From NCBI GenBank assembly GCA_918797485.1, contig CAKKNE010000005.1, forward strand, positions 3,782,001-3,846,000: DNA of 64,000 bases, in the 5' to 3' direction. Position numbers and translations under genes: made by a program. Shown here piece after piece: positions 32,041 to 42,604 of the stretch (its first letter is position 1; each line of letters starts with the position of its first letter). The notes under the pieces were generated by a model. The model was not told the origin of the DNA. It did no database searches and saw only the letters and a list, made by a program, of their open reading frames with translations. The stretch comes from Pelagomonas calceolata (lineage: Eukaryota).

Positions 32041-32665
32041 CTTTAGGAACTGTCTCTTTCTAGTGATCGGGAGTTCCATTTCACTTGCCTGGCCACTGCA
32101 GAGCGTTTTTGTCGCGACTGTTTACGCTGCGCGTGGCAAGTATACGAGGCTAGAAAGCGCTGGGTCGCGTCGTTGTAAGCCTGAAGTTGACACAAACGAG
32201 CGGTAAAGCGAACACGAGCAGGAGACTCTGGACAGAGTTGAACAAATGAATTCATACTATGAAAAGCATTCGCCGCGGGCCCAGCGGAGTGTAACTCTCA
32301 TCATACCGCACGCAAACACGCCTCTCGGTCCAGTCGGTCCGATTCCCTCTTCGCCGGTACCGTCAAGCCCTGGCTCGGAGGCCGAGACTCAGACGGCGCC
32401 GGCGTTACTGCTATTGTCATTTCTGCTCGGCCGCCGTACGACGTCAACGACTCCGCCGCGGCGCCGCAGCACGCCGGCGACGCGTTGAGGCGCGAAAATC
32501 ACAGTGTACATAATCAACGGGCGCCCCAACGACCGCCGGATTACGCGGCGAGTCCAAGGCGCTCAAGTCACCACCCCAAGCAAGCAACCGCCCACCCATG
32601 CGTGCAGCCTCGATTTATCTGGCCGAGTAACCATCTGGTAGTCATTCCGTAGCCTGCGCTAGCGT

Positions 32666-32687
32666 GCTAGCGGTGTAAGACACTAGC
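32666..32687. promoter_or_regulatory. CTAG-bipartite upstream element
   Basis: gctagcggtgtaagacactagc upstream of miaB. Confidence 0.7.
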
Positions 32688-32914
32688 AAGCCTCTCGGCT
32701 GTGCTCACTCAGGTTGAGGTCGTGCTTGCATCCTCGACTACGCGGCACTCTTGTGTAGACTGCCTGCAACGCCGCGGCAGCGTGAACCAACGTTTGCGCA
32801 TCGCTACAGGCCTCTACCTCCACCTGGAGCCAGCCAGGACACAGCATCACTGTCAACACAGCTACTGGGAGAGATCGCATCGCTGCGCGCAGCAAACGAA
32901 CGAACGAAAGGAAA

Positions 32915-34978
32915 ATGCGACAACTCCTCCGCCGCGCGTCACGCACGCTCTCGACGAGCACCAAGCCGCGCCTCGCCGCGCTACGAGAAACACTAGCGCG
33001 CGACGCCGCCCCGAAGCCGCCGCCACCGACAACACCAGAAGACGCGCGGTCCTTCTTCGTCGAGACGCGCGGCTGCCAGATGAACGTCTCCGACTCCGAG
33101 GTCGTGCGCACACTGTTATATGAAGACGGCCTGCGCGAAGCGGACTCCGCGGCCACCGCCGATATTGTACTATTAAACACCTGCGCCATCCGCGACAAGG
33201 CCGAGCAGAAGGTCTGGACGCGGCTTAGGGATCTTCGCGGTAGAAATGGAAAGGAGGGCCAGACCGTCGCCGTCTTAGGCTGCATGGCGGAGCGGGTCAA
33301 GGACGACTTGTTCAGAGATGGTTTGGCGGATCTTGTGGTGGGCCCGGACGCGTATCGACGGTTGCCGGCGATGCTCCGCAGTCATGAACAGTCCATCGAC
33401 GTGACATTGGATCGCAGTGAGAACTATGCTGATGTACTACCTACGAGAGTAGAGCATACGGCACATGGCGCGTTCGTATCCATACAAAGAGGCTGCGACA
33501 ACGCTTGTAGCTATTGCATCGTACCTTATGTCCGCGGAAGAGAACGGAGTCGAAGCGTCCACACCATCATTGATGAAGTGTCAGCTCTATACAACGGTGG
33601 AGTGCGGGAAATAACACTACTCGGACAGAACGTGAATTCGTACCACGACGCGAGCACGGAGTCACTCAAACAACAAACACGGGAATATTCAACAGGTTTT
33701 GTGCCCTTCGTCAGGAGCGATAAGAAAGACTCACAAACAGGCGTGCGCTTCGCCGAGCTGCTGGAACGGTGCGCCGCGGCGGCGCCGGACGCGCGCATAC
33801 GGTTCACGAGCCCTCATCCCAAGGACTTCCCGGACGACGTCCTCGAGACCATCGCGCGCGTTTCTAATATAGCGAAGCAGATCCACATGCCGGCTCAGAG
33901 CGGTTCGGATCAAATGTTGCGGACGATGCGGCGCGGCTACACTTGTAAGGCCTACCGCTCGCTCATACAACGCGCTAGGGCTGTGATCCCGGACGTGGCT
34001 TTATCCTCGGACTTCATCGCGGGGTTCTGCGGGGAGACTCATGAGGACCACTTGCGAACCTTGAAGCTTATCCAAGATGTAGGTTATGATATGGCCTTTC
34101 TGTTCGCTTATTCCTCGCGCGAGCGGACGCCGGCGGCGCGGCGTCTGGACGACGACGTACCTAATGATGTGAAGAAGAGGCGCCTCCAGGAGCTCATCGA
34201 CGCGTTTCGGACGGGCCGCGAGGCGCGAAGTAGGGAGCGCGTCGGGAAGATCCATTTGATCCTCGTCGAGGGCGCGCCGCGGCGGGACCGAGGTGCAGAT
34301 TTGGTGTCTGGTCGAGACGACGGCAACCGCGTGCACGTCTTTCCTTCGTCGTTACCGGACGGGACTGAGTTGACACCGGGCGACTTCGCGCACGTGTTAG
34401 TCGACCGCGCCGAGGGCGCCACGTTAATTGGCGTGGCGCTGCGGCGCGCTGCGGGCGCGGGGGACCGACCTCTTGTTGATGCGGAGACCGGTGCGGAATT
34501 TTTGATTGACGAACAAACGGGCGCGTCGCGCTGGGCCGCGGAGCCGCCCCTTGTCGTTGCCTCTTCAAGGGCGCGGCCGCCGGTCGCCACGCGGGCGTTC
34601 AGCACCAGGGCGACCGCAGAGGACGCCATCGAGGGCATCCTGGCGGCTTCGACGCCATCATCGGTCCTCGGCATAGCCAAAAACGCGACGGGCCGGGACG
34701 CGCGGGACGCGTTCCTCTCGGCGTCAAGGCTCGTGCATCCCGACGTCTGCGCCGACGGGCGCGCGGGCGCGGCCTTCGCGGCGCTGGTCGAGGCCTACGA
34801 CGTCTTCGCACCGAGCGACGTCAAATACGACATCAGCCAGGCGGAGTTCCAGGGCGACGCGCTGACGACGGCGGCGTGGATGTGGGACGACGCGGCGGCG
34901 GCGGCCCGAAAGCACAAAGCGCGCCACACGCTCGATGACGACGGCCCGGGACTTGGCCCGGGGTCATATAGTAACTAG
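32915..34978 (+). CDS. miaB: tRNA methylthiotransferase MiaB/CDK5RAP1 with C-terminal WW-like and J-like domains
   Basis: GCQMNVSDSE, NTCAIRDKAE, GCDNACSYC radical SAM motif, RFTSPHPKD, TRAM; mitochondrial-type leader. Confidence 0.92.
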   Translation: MRQLLRRASRTLSTSTKPRLAALRETLARDAAPKPPPPTTPEDARSFFVETRGCQMNVSDSEVVRTLLYEDGLREADSAATADIVLLNTCAIRDKAEQKVWTRLRDLRGRNGKEGQTVAVLGCMAERVKDDLFRDGLADLVVGPDAYRRLPAMLRSHEQSIDVTLDRSENYADVLPTRVEHTAHGAFVSIQRGCDNACSYCIVPYVRGRERSRSVHTIIDEVSALYNGGVREITLLGQNVNSYHDASTESLKQQTREYSTGFVPFVRSDKKDSQTGVRFAELLERCAAAAPDARIRFTSPHPKDFPDDVLETIARVSNIAKQIHMPAQSGSDQMLRTMRRGYTCKAYRSLIQRARAVIPDVALSSDFIAGFCGETHEDHLRTLKLIQDVGYDMAFLFAYSSRERTPAARRLDDDVPNDVKKRRLQELIDAFRTGREARSRERVGKIHLILVEGAPRRDRGADLVSGRDDGNRVHVFPSSLPDGTELTPGDFAHVLVDRAEGATLIGVALRRAAGAGDRPLVDAETGAEFLIDEQTGASRWAAEPPLVVASSRARPPVATRAFSTRATAEDAIEGILAASTPSSVLGIAKNATGRDARDAFLSASRLVHPDVCADGRAGAAFAALVEAYDVFAPSDVKYDISQAEFQGDALTTAAWMWDDAAAAARKHKARHTLDDDGPGLGPGSYSN

Positions 34979-35076
34979 CTGTGTTGTTTAATCCTACGAA
35001 GTGAAGTCGAGCGGGCGAGCGTCGGGCGCGCGATGCGGCCGCGGGTTGCCGCGGCCGCCGCGCCGCCCAGACAAGC

Positions 35077-35289
35077 TCAGCTCTTGCACTCCTCCTTGCT
35101 CTCGCCGACGTCGTCGCGCGACCCGCGGCAGGGCTTCGCGGTCCTATAGGACCGCTGGTCGCCGTCGTTCCAAGTGAGAAAATCAATATCCGCCTGACTG
35201 ACGCCGTTCGCCAACAGGTCCGCGTGCGAGACGCCGTCGGCGAGCGCCTCCTCGATCGAGTTGTAGCCGTGCGAGGCGCCGGCGCCCAT
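35077..35289 (-). CDS. Small putatively N-myristoylated protein
   Basis: 70-aa ORF starting MGAGAS with coding-like codon use. Confidence 0.45.
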   Translation of the reverse strand: MGAGASHGYNSIEEALADGVSHADLLANGVSQADIDFLTWNDGDQRSYRTAKPCRGSRDDVGESKEECKS

Positions 35290-35752
35290 ATTTGTCGTGC
35301 GGTCGAGGGCTCACAGCGGCGCGATGGTACGGGTGCGGTCGAGCGCTCACGGCGGTAGCGCGGCGTGAGATGCTTGCTGGTGCGGTTGCAAGCTATGGGA
35401 GCACGGGCGCGCGGCGCGGCGCGAACGGCTGCCCGGGGGCGTTCGATCAGTACAAATTAATGCGAAGAAGCTGCCGGGAACGCGTCGCGGCGCGGGGCTG
35501 CTCTATAATGGATCGCGATGCGAAGACAGCGCCACACGAGCCAGACCAGAGCTCTGGCGTCGGAGCGCCGGGCGGCCCGCGCGGCGAATTGTGGAGGGGA
35601 CGGTTCGTGGGGTGGGGAGACGTCTCCCCGTCGCGGCCGGCCAAACCCGCGACCGCGGCGCCGCGCGTCGCTCGCAGCAGGCGCCGCCGCCGCGCCGTGG
35701 GGACTACTACGTGCGAAGTTACTCGGGACCGGATATGCTACGGTCTAAAAGA

Positions 35753-37221
35753 TCAGGGCTCGACGGCGCCCGTGAGGACCTTGGCCTTGGCGTCCTTCTC
35801 GCTGTTGACCTTCTTGTCACTCTTCTTGTCGTCCTTCTTGCCCTTGTCGTCCTTCTTGGCATCCTTGGAGGAGTCCTTCTTGTCGTCTTTCTTGGAGGAG
35901 TCCTTGGAGTCCTTCTTGGCCTTATCATCTTTCTTCTCCTCCTTCTTGACGGCCTTCTCCTCCTGCGTGCGGCGCGCGCGTGACGGCGCGCGGGCGGCGC
36001 GAGGCGCCGTCGATGCGACGAAGACCACCACGCCATCGCCGCGATCGGCGCGCGTCGAAGACACCGCGAGCGCACCTTCTTCTTCTCCTTCTCCTTGGCC
36101 CTAGCTTTCTCAGCTTTATCATATTCCTCCATCGACTTCTGTTTCAAGTAGCAGCCCTTCGCATCGAGCGCCAAACCCCTCCGTTCCACCTCCCCGGACA
36201 GCTTCTTCGTCAGCGCGGCGATGGCCTCGTGTCTGATACGTAAGGCGGCGAGCGCGTCCCTGCCCACACCGGACTTCGAATCTTTGCCCGCGCGACCAGA
36301 CACGGGACCGGCCTCCTTCATATCCCGCAAAACAACTTTCGCGTAGGGTTCCGCATAAGCGCCCTGCACGAAGTAGGCGATCACCGACGGCGTGCCTATA
36401 GGTTTCTTGACCGTAGACCCCTCGACCTTGATGACCGACGCGTTGGCCGCGATCTCGCCACCACCGGAAGTAGCGACATCCACAAAGGCACCCGTGTATT
36501 TCAGGGCCGAACTACGCACCACCATGTCCCACACGAGACTGAATTCCCGACTCATCTCCGCGTCCTTGCTGTTGTAAAACCCCACGAGCACGGCACACTT
36601 TTGATCTATGAGCTTCTGGAAGCGCGACATGGTCAACAATTTCGTGCCGGCCGTCGGCGTTCTCACAGAGCCAGGAGCGAAGCCCTTGCCCTGTGTTGAG
36701 GCATCAAAAACGCGCTTGCCGCGAGCCGCCGACAGGGCCGCTTGCACATGAGGAGGGACATGCGGAGGCAACGGAGCCTTTGACGACTTCTTGGACGGCG
36801 TCGTCTTCGACATGCGCTTCTCGTTCCTCGCCTCCCGAATGTCCCATGGCATGGGCGCGCTTTTTGCCTTAGTCTTGTTGAGAAAAGCTCTTAACCGTTG
36901 CTGCGCCAGCGAGTTGTCGACCTTGCCCCGGTTGAAGGGGTTCGTCGGGTCCCGCACCACAGTTCTATTGGCCCCTCTGAAGAAAACTTTCCGCGCGGCC
37001 TTCGGCTCGAGGCCCTCGATGGCCTTCATGCGCTCCATGACCTCGATGGGCGCGCCCACGTCTTTGCTTACGATATTTGTGGAGACGCCCGTGTTCCAGA
37101 GGAAGACGCAGAGCATCACCGACGGGAGGGCGCAGCCTAGGAGCAGGCCTCGGACCAAGCCCTTGTACTCGGCCTCCTCGCTCTCAATAGCGCGGCTGCC
37201 CTTGAAGCCCTGGACCGCCAT
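35753..37221 (-). CDS. Hypothetical type II membrane protein with K/D-rich tail; join(37221..36076,35962..35753)
   Basis: N-terminal TM; 113-nt GT-AG intron 36075..35963 in phase 0; KKDDK repeats. Confidence 0.7.
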
Positions 37222-37388
37222 CTTGTCCTGGGGCTGCCCCTTAGTTCCCGGGGCTGCCCGGCGGCCTCGATATCCCCGGCCGTCGACGGCCTCGCTTCGC
37301 GTCGAAATTTTAACATTTTCCTTGTGATGGGTCTGGCGCGCGGTATGCGTCGCGTGAGAGGTGTCTCGCCGCTATACGGCTCACCTTC

Positions 37389-37412
37389 GCTAGCGTCTGT
37401 AAAGACACTAGC
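37389..37412. promoter_or_regulatory. CTAG-bipartite upstream element
   Basis: gctagcgtctgtaaagacactagc in a divergent region. Confidence 0.7.
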
Positions 37413-37682
37413 GGGCGATGAGAGACGCGTACGGCCGAGACTCTTGTCCATCGTGTGCCCGTGCTGTGACAGCAAGAGGCCGATTCAACGCATCTGACAT
37501 ACGCTGCGAGCAATTTGCTGGCTGCGCTCTCGGATTGAGCACATATTACGCGACAGCACTGCAGCTCTCTCTGCTGCAACGCTGTAAACGCGCGCGACAC
37601 CCTCCAATCGCACTGCAGCAAGCGCTGTAACAGCTCGACGCCAGCACCCCTGCAGTCTCACCGCCGCAAAACGCCGTAGACG

Positions 37683-38174
37683 ATGGCCAAGTCCATCCGG
37701 TCCAAGGTCAAAAAGAAGCACCGGTCCTACATGCGCCAGACCATCGGCGAGAAGGTGCGGACCAAGAACATCGAGGCCGCCGCGAAACGATTGGCGGACA
37801 AGAAGAAGGGCCGGGGCAACACGAAGACGCTCTCGTACATCAAGGGGGCGCTCGGCGGCGCCGGTGAGGTCGACCTGGGCCGGGCCTACTACGACGCCAT
37901 CGTCAAGCACGCGCGCGAGCCCGACGCTTCCGAGGCGATGGATGCTGATGAACAACCGGCACCTGCACCTGTGACAGAGGTGGCCACGCTCGAGGAGCAG
38001 GCCGCGTGCCAGCTCGCCCTCGCCACGAAGCAACAAACGCACACGGCGAAACTTCTATTAGGCCGCCGCGGCAACGGCAAGAAGATCCGGGGCAAGAACG
38101 GGAGCGGCGTCTTCTCCAAAAGAGCTAGGCGCCGCGACCCGTCGCGGCCGCCGAAGGAGATGGTGAGCTTCTAA
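37683..38174 (+). CDS. LLP homolog / LAPS18-like basic nucleolar protein
   Basis: N-terminus MAKSIRSKVKKKHR matches the family start MAKSxRSK. Confidence 0.6.
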   Translation: MAKSIRSKVKKKHRSYMRQTIGEKVRTKNIEAAAKRLADKKKGRGNTKTLSYIKGALGGAGEVDLGRAYYDAIVKHAREPDASEAMDADEQPAPAPVTEVATLEEQAACQLALATKQQTHTAKLLLGRRGNGKKIRGKNGSGVFSKRARRRDPSRPPKEMVSF

Positions 38175-38196
38175 GTAGTCTGTGTCTTACTCTGTG

Positions 38197-39459
38197 TCAA
38201 CTCTTATCCGTCTGCATCGAGCTATAAATCCAAGAAGCGGCGACGACGCCCTGCACGGCGAGCGCGTTGGGCAGCGCGGCGAGCTCCGCGGCGTCGACGT
38301 TGGCACTGATGAGCGCGGCGCCGAGCACTTCGACGAGCCCGTACGCAACGAGGCCCGCATCGGCAACGCGGCCGCCACTGCGGCTCGTCAGATATGCAAG
38401 CGGGCCCGCCAGACACCACAGGCCCGCGAGCGCTTGTCCCGGTAGCGGTAGTTCTTGGAACGGCGGCGCGCCGGCCGCGGTCAAGAGAGCCGACGTACCT
38501 ATGAGGCAGTCGGCGGCGTGCGCAATGCCAGCTATGCCGTACAACGTTCCCATCAGCGAGCGGAAGCGGTCGAGCGGCGCCGCGAGCTCTGCGGAGCCTA
38601 CGGCCGGCGGCGCCGTGGGCGCGATCGCGTCGTCGGAGATGAACCCCAGCGCGCGCCACGCGCCGATCGGCGTGAAATTCATCAGCGTCGGACGCGCCGC
38701 GCGGCCGCTCCGGCCGACCGTCGGGAGCAAGACCGTCGCGTAGTACGAAAGCACGGCAAAATACAACAGACAACCTATATTCGCAACAGAGCCGAGCGCC
38801 GGCGACGCGTCGAGACCGACGAGGCCCGCGGCGAACTTTGGAGGCTCGAGCCACGGCGCGCAGAAGGCGTCGCCCGCCAGCGACTCCGCGCCGACGCACC
38901 CCTGGAACGGCAGCTGCACGACGACGCCGGCGGCGGCCGCGACGCTCGTGGGCAGGCGCCAGGCCCGGAACGCACGGCTCAGCGGCGCATCGTCGTCGTC
39001 GAGCTCTTCGTTGAGGTCCGACCACCACCAGAGGCTCACGACGATCATGGCCTGCGCGGCCAGCCCGCAGAACACTCCCAGATTAGCTTCTTGAATGTTC
39101 AGCGCGACCGTCAGCAGCAGTAAGGAAGACGCCTGCCAGTAGCTCGTCATGAGCCGCAGCACCGTCTCGGCAGATTTCGATCGATCGTCGGGCGTGCGCG
39201 GCACCCGCGCCGCCACGCTGGCGGCCAGCAGCCCGAACGGCACAACGACAAAGAGCGCCACCGCGACGCGAAAGTCCGTCCAGACCAGCGATCTGATCCA
39301 TGGTTCGCTGGCGGCGTTGAGCGGTGCGAGCGTCGTCTCCGGGCTGAGTAGAGACGGCTGCATCGACAGCAGCAGGGTGGATGGCTGCTGCAAGTGCAGT
39401 GCCAGCGACGAGGGCTGCTGCAGTGGTGCTGCCACCAGCATCGAGACGGGGGGTCTCAT
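38197..39459 (-). CDS. DUF3177-like membrane protein fused to a second TM domain
   Basis: RSLVWTDFRVAVALFVVVP...RLMTSYWQASSLL..., as in cyanobacterial/plastid DUF3177; true start uncertain. Confidence 0.65.
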   Translation of the reverse strand: MRPPVSMLVAAPLQQPSSLALHLQQPSTLLLSMQPSLLSPETTLAPLNAASEPWIRSLVWTDFRVAVALFVVVPFGLLAASVAARVPRTPDDRSKSAETVLRLMTSYWQASSLLLLTVALNIQEANLGVFCGLAAQAMIVVSLWWWSDLNEELDDDDAPLSRAFRAWRLPTSVAAAAGVVVQLPFQGCVGAESLAGDAFCAPWLEPPKFAAGLVGLDASPALGSVANIGCLLYFAVLSYYATVLLPTVGRSGRAARPTLMNFTPIGAWRALGFISDDAIAPTAPPAVGSAELAAPLDRFRSLMGTLYGIAGIAHAADCLIGTSALLTAAGAPPFQELPLPGQALAGLWCLAGPLAYLTSRSGGRVADAGLVAYGLVEVLGAALISANVDAAELAALPNALAVQGVVAASWIYSSMQTDKS

Positions 39460-39574
39460 TGCTCGCAAATCAGTGACCGATCGGAGAAATTACACGATGC
39501 AGTACTCGAAATCAATGCGCAATCGATTTATTGGAGCGATTTGCACGTCTAAAGGCCCAAGCCCCAGGCGCACC

Positions 39575-39600
39575 GCTAGCGTGTCGACAGACACACTAGC
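39575..39600. promoter_or_regulatory. CTAG-bipartite upstream element
   Basis: gctagcgtgtcgacagacacactagc upstream of the 39459(-) gene. Confidence 0.55.
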
Positions 39601-39693
39601 ACTGATCGCAAGACTCGCTACTGGACGACGCCGCCGCACATCAGTAAAACCCACGAGCAGATCGAATTAATTTACACGCGAAACCCCAAGACC

Positions 39694-40611
39694 TCACCAC
39701 CGCGGCACGCTCCGCAGCGGGATCCAGACGAAGAAGATGTACGCGAAGACGCCCGGGTAGACCACCCAGGCGACCACCCTTCGCAACAGCGTCAACAACC
39801 CCGAGTCCTTGGGCGGGTGCGCCGCACCGAGCCGCGGCTCCAGCCATCTCAAATCATTTGAATCCAAATCGAAAAGGTTGCAGAACCAGTTGTCTATTTT
39901 TGCGAGGTATGCGAGACCGGCAAATGACGTCAGTACTTTCAGTACACTTTCGGACCGTACAATCAACACGGCACCTAGAATCACGTTGCAGACGCCTATC
40001 GAACAGCCAATCACACCAAGGAGAAAAGCACAGGCGTTGCCCAACAACCCACCCGGGTGCTGGCTGGCGTATCTTAGTATTGTGAAATCTCTCTTGGTAT
40101 CACCTTGCAGGATCTGCACGCCGACCATCACAAAAGCGAGGCATCTGCCCTGGAGCGACAGCCCCGGGGCGTCCTTCGGGTCGAGGCGCAAGTAGCCCCA
40201 GTGGGCGCCTCGCGACGATCGGAAGCCGCATAAGTGCTGCCCTATGGTAATCAATACGAGGGCCTGCATGGCGATGGCTCCAGAACCTACGAGCACCCTT
40301 CCTATGCGTGCGCGCCGGCCCCCATATATCTCCTGCAGCAACAATCGATAAGCATCAGAGGTATTCGCCCAGGACTCCTTCATCCAGTGCGGCCGCCAGG
40401 CGTCGGCGTGGTCCTGGAGGTAGCTGCCCACCAGGCTCAGGGTCAGCGGGACGCAGCAGAGCACTAGTAAACCGATGGTGACCGAACCATAAGCCTCCGA
40501 CACGAACTGCACCAGGTCGTGCTCGTCCGCGAACTCGGGAGACTTCGTGAGGAGCCAGGTGGCGTTGCCGTGCAGCATGGCGTCGATGACGTCCTTCGAG
40601 TCGTCAAGCAT
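39694..40611 (-). CDS. Hypothetical multi-pass membrane protein
   Basis: About 305-aa ORF with ~6 hydrophobic segments. Confidence 0.65.
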   Translation of the reverse strand: MLDDSKDVIDAMLHGNATWLLTKSPEFADEHDLVQFVSEAYGSVTIGLLVLCCVPLTLSLVGSYLQDHADAWRPHWMKESWANTSDAYRLLLQEIYGGRRARIGRVLVGSGAIAMQALVLITIGQHLCGFRSSRGAHWGYLRLDPKDAPGLSLQGRCLAFVMVGVQILQGDTKRDFTILRYASQHPGGLLGNACAFLLGVIGCSIGVCNVILGAVLIVRSESVLKVLTSFAGLAYLAKIDNWFCNLFDLDSNDLRWLEPRLGAAHPPKDSGLLTLLRRVVAWVVYPGVFAYIFFVWIPLRSVPRW

Positions 40612-41027
40612 GGGCTTTGGTCTTCGGGGGCAGCTTTTTGGGTGGCGGGCCGCTGTGTTGCAAGCGAGATCCAAGCGTGGCACTAATGCGGGATGACGGC
40701 GCGCCGCAGCGACGGCAAAAGGGCAGCGCTAAGGTCACTGGGCCACTCCGCGCGGGAGAGCGAGTCTGGCCGGCCGAAAATGCGAACGCGCGGGTTTGGC
40801 TCGCACGCACGCTTCGCGGCCGTCGTTCGTAGACGAGTAAGGAGAGCCCTTGGATACGTAGCTGGTCGATGGCGTCTGGCACCCGCACGTCTCTCTCGGC
40901 AGGGAGAGTTTTTTGCTCCGGAAGCTGCTGTCCCGCGACGCCCGGGCATCGAAGCTTGCAAATACTGTGTGCAAAGAGGGTCTCGCGACATGCATAGGCT
41001 GCCCGGCGCAACGATGATGCTGCCAGC

Positions 41028-41771
41028 ATGAGTGCGACGAGGCTGCTGTATGCATCGGTGCTTGCAGGCGCTATCGCGCTGCAGCCGACGCCAACCAAGC
41101 TCGTTGTCGTCAAGTACGGCGGCCACTGCATGACCGACGAGGCCGGCTTCGCGCGCGACGTCGTCGCGCTGCAACAGACAAGCGCCGTTGTCGTCGTGCA
41201 CGGCGGCGGGCCGCAGATCCGGCGGATGCTGCGGCGCCTCGGGCGCGGCGCGACGCGGGACGTCGTCGAGGTCGCGGAGATGGTGCTGGGAAGGATCGGC
41301 AAGAACCTAGCGGCGGCAATCGGCGGCGCTGGCGGGCGGGCGGTGGGGCTCTCGGGCAGGGACGATTGTATGCTTCGCGCGCGGGAGGGGTTGCACGTCG
41401 ACGCGACGCTGCTCCGCGCGTTGGTGGGGATGGGAGTCGTGCCGGTCGTAGCCCCGCTGGCCATTGGCGACGGTACTGCGACGGTCAAGTTGGACGCGGA
41501 CACCGTGGCCGGTACCTTGGCCGGCGCGCTGAAGGCCGACGCGCTGCTGCTCCTGACCGACGTTCCCGGCGTCCTCGACGAGCGGGGCGAGCTGCTGCCC
41601 GAAGTGTCGGCAAAAGACGCGGAGCGACTTATAAACGATGGGACTGTCTCTGGTGGCATGACTCCCAAGGTCGCGGCCGCCGTCGACGCCATCGAAAACG
41701 GCGCCAAAGCGGCCAGAATCGTCGACGGGCGGACGTCCTGGCTCGACGCGCGGGGCACACGAATAACATGA
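41028..41771 (+). CDS. argB: Acetylglutamate kinase-like (shortened)
   Basis: VVVKYGG, VVHGGGPQI, AVGLSGRD, DADTVAG, LLTDVPGV, GGMTPKV. Confidence 0.85.
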   Translation: MSATRLLYASVLAGAIALQPTPTKLVVVKYGGHCMTDEAGFARDVVALQQTSAVVVVHGGGPQIRRMLRRLGRGATRDVVEVAEMVLGRIGKNLAAAIGGAGGRAVGLSGRDDCMLRAREGLHVDATLLRALVGMGVVPVVAPLAIGDGTATVKLDADTVAGTLAGALKADALLLLTDVPGVLDERGELLPEVSAKDAERLINDGTVSGGMTPKVAAAVDAIENGAKAARIVDGRTSWLDARGTRIT

Positions 41772-41778
41772 CACAGTC

Positions 41779-42087
41779 TTACTCCCGCGGCCGGAACCGC
41801 TCGTCGTAGGTCGGCTTGACGACGCTCGCCTTGCCGCCCTGGAGCGTCCCGGCCATGGTTTTCGCTTGTGCGGAGTCGCCCGACTTCATCCCATCGAAGT
41901 AGCGCTGCATGTCGTTTCTTTTGGCTTTCGCGTCGCGGACGTTGCGAGCATAATTGGCGCGTAATTGCGCGGCGAGCTCCTCCTCGTTCTGGCTCGGTTT
42001 CATGTACGCATAGACGGCCGCGCCGGGCACGAGCATCCACAGGCCGTGCCAGAGCTGCATCTTCGAGACCTTGAGGGGGCGGGGCAT
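41779..42087 (-). CDS. Small single-TM hypothetical protein
   Basis: MPRPLK...WMLVPGAAVYAYMKP..EEEL; 102 aa. Confidence 0.55.
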   Translation of the reverse strand: MPRPLKVSKMQLWHGLWMLVPGAAVYAYMKPSQNEEELAAQLRANYARNVRDAKAKRNDMQRYFDGMKSGDSAQAKTMAGTLQGGKASVVKPTYDERFRPRE

Positions 42088-42374
42088 CGTTTCTGCGTCG
42101 TGGGCGTCGCGCGCAGCGAGGTGGGCGTGGCTATACGAGCTTGGGATAGGCCCGGGTGACGCGTCGCGGGCGTCTCGCGCGTCTCGCGAAGGAGCAGCTG
42201 CTATGGGTGTGCAGCTGCACAGAGGATTTAGCTGGTGGCCTGGGAGACTCTCGTTCACTCCAGGCAACCTCTTCGTAGTCAGCACGCTGCGAAACCGGTA
42301 GACGCGTCCACAACGAGCGTTATAATGGCGTACGGAGCCAAAGGAAGCTGTCCTACGCCAGATTCCGGGATTAT

Positions 42375-42396
42375 CTAGCGGCAGTAAGGCACTAGC
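42375..42396. promoter_or_regulatory. CTAG-bipartite upstream element
   Basis: ctagcggcagtaaggcactagc in a divergent region. Confidence 0.65.
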
Positions 42397-42604
42397 GACA
42401 AAAGCTCTGCTGCCTCTGCAACCGCGCAGTGGCGCGTAAAGTACACCCACGCGTACTCAGAATACGTATTAATACTTGCACAGCATCAGCCTTTGGCCAG
42501 CAAGTCGCGCAGATTCGTGCGGCATCAGCAAGCGAGTTTTCAAGGTCATCGCTTTTGCAGCCGGCAGTAGTAGCAGGAAGCGAGCGCAAATCAATCGCAA
42601 GTCA

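Noticed and set aside
32041..32660. Hidden gene in a long intergenic region
   Set aside because: Only short ORFs without motifs or coding-like codon bias were found; left unannotated.
35753..35960. KKDDK-encoding repeats as satellite DNA
   Set aside because: They are an in-frame low-complexity protein tail after a clean intron.
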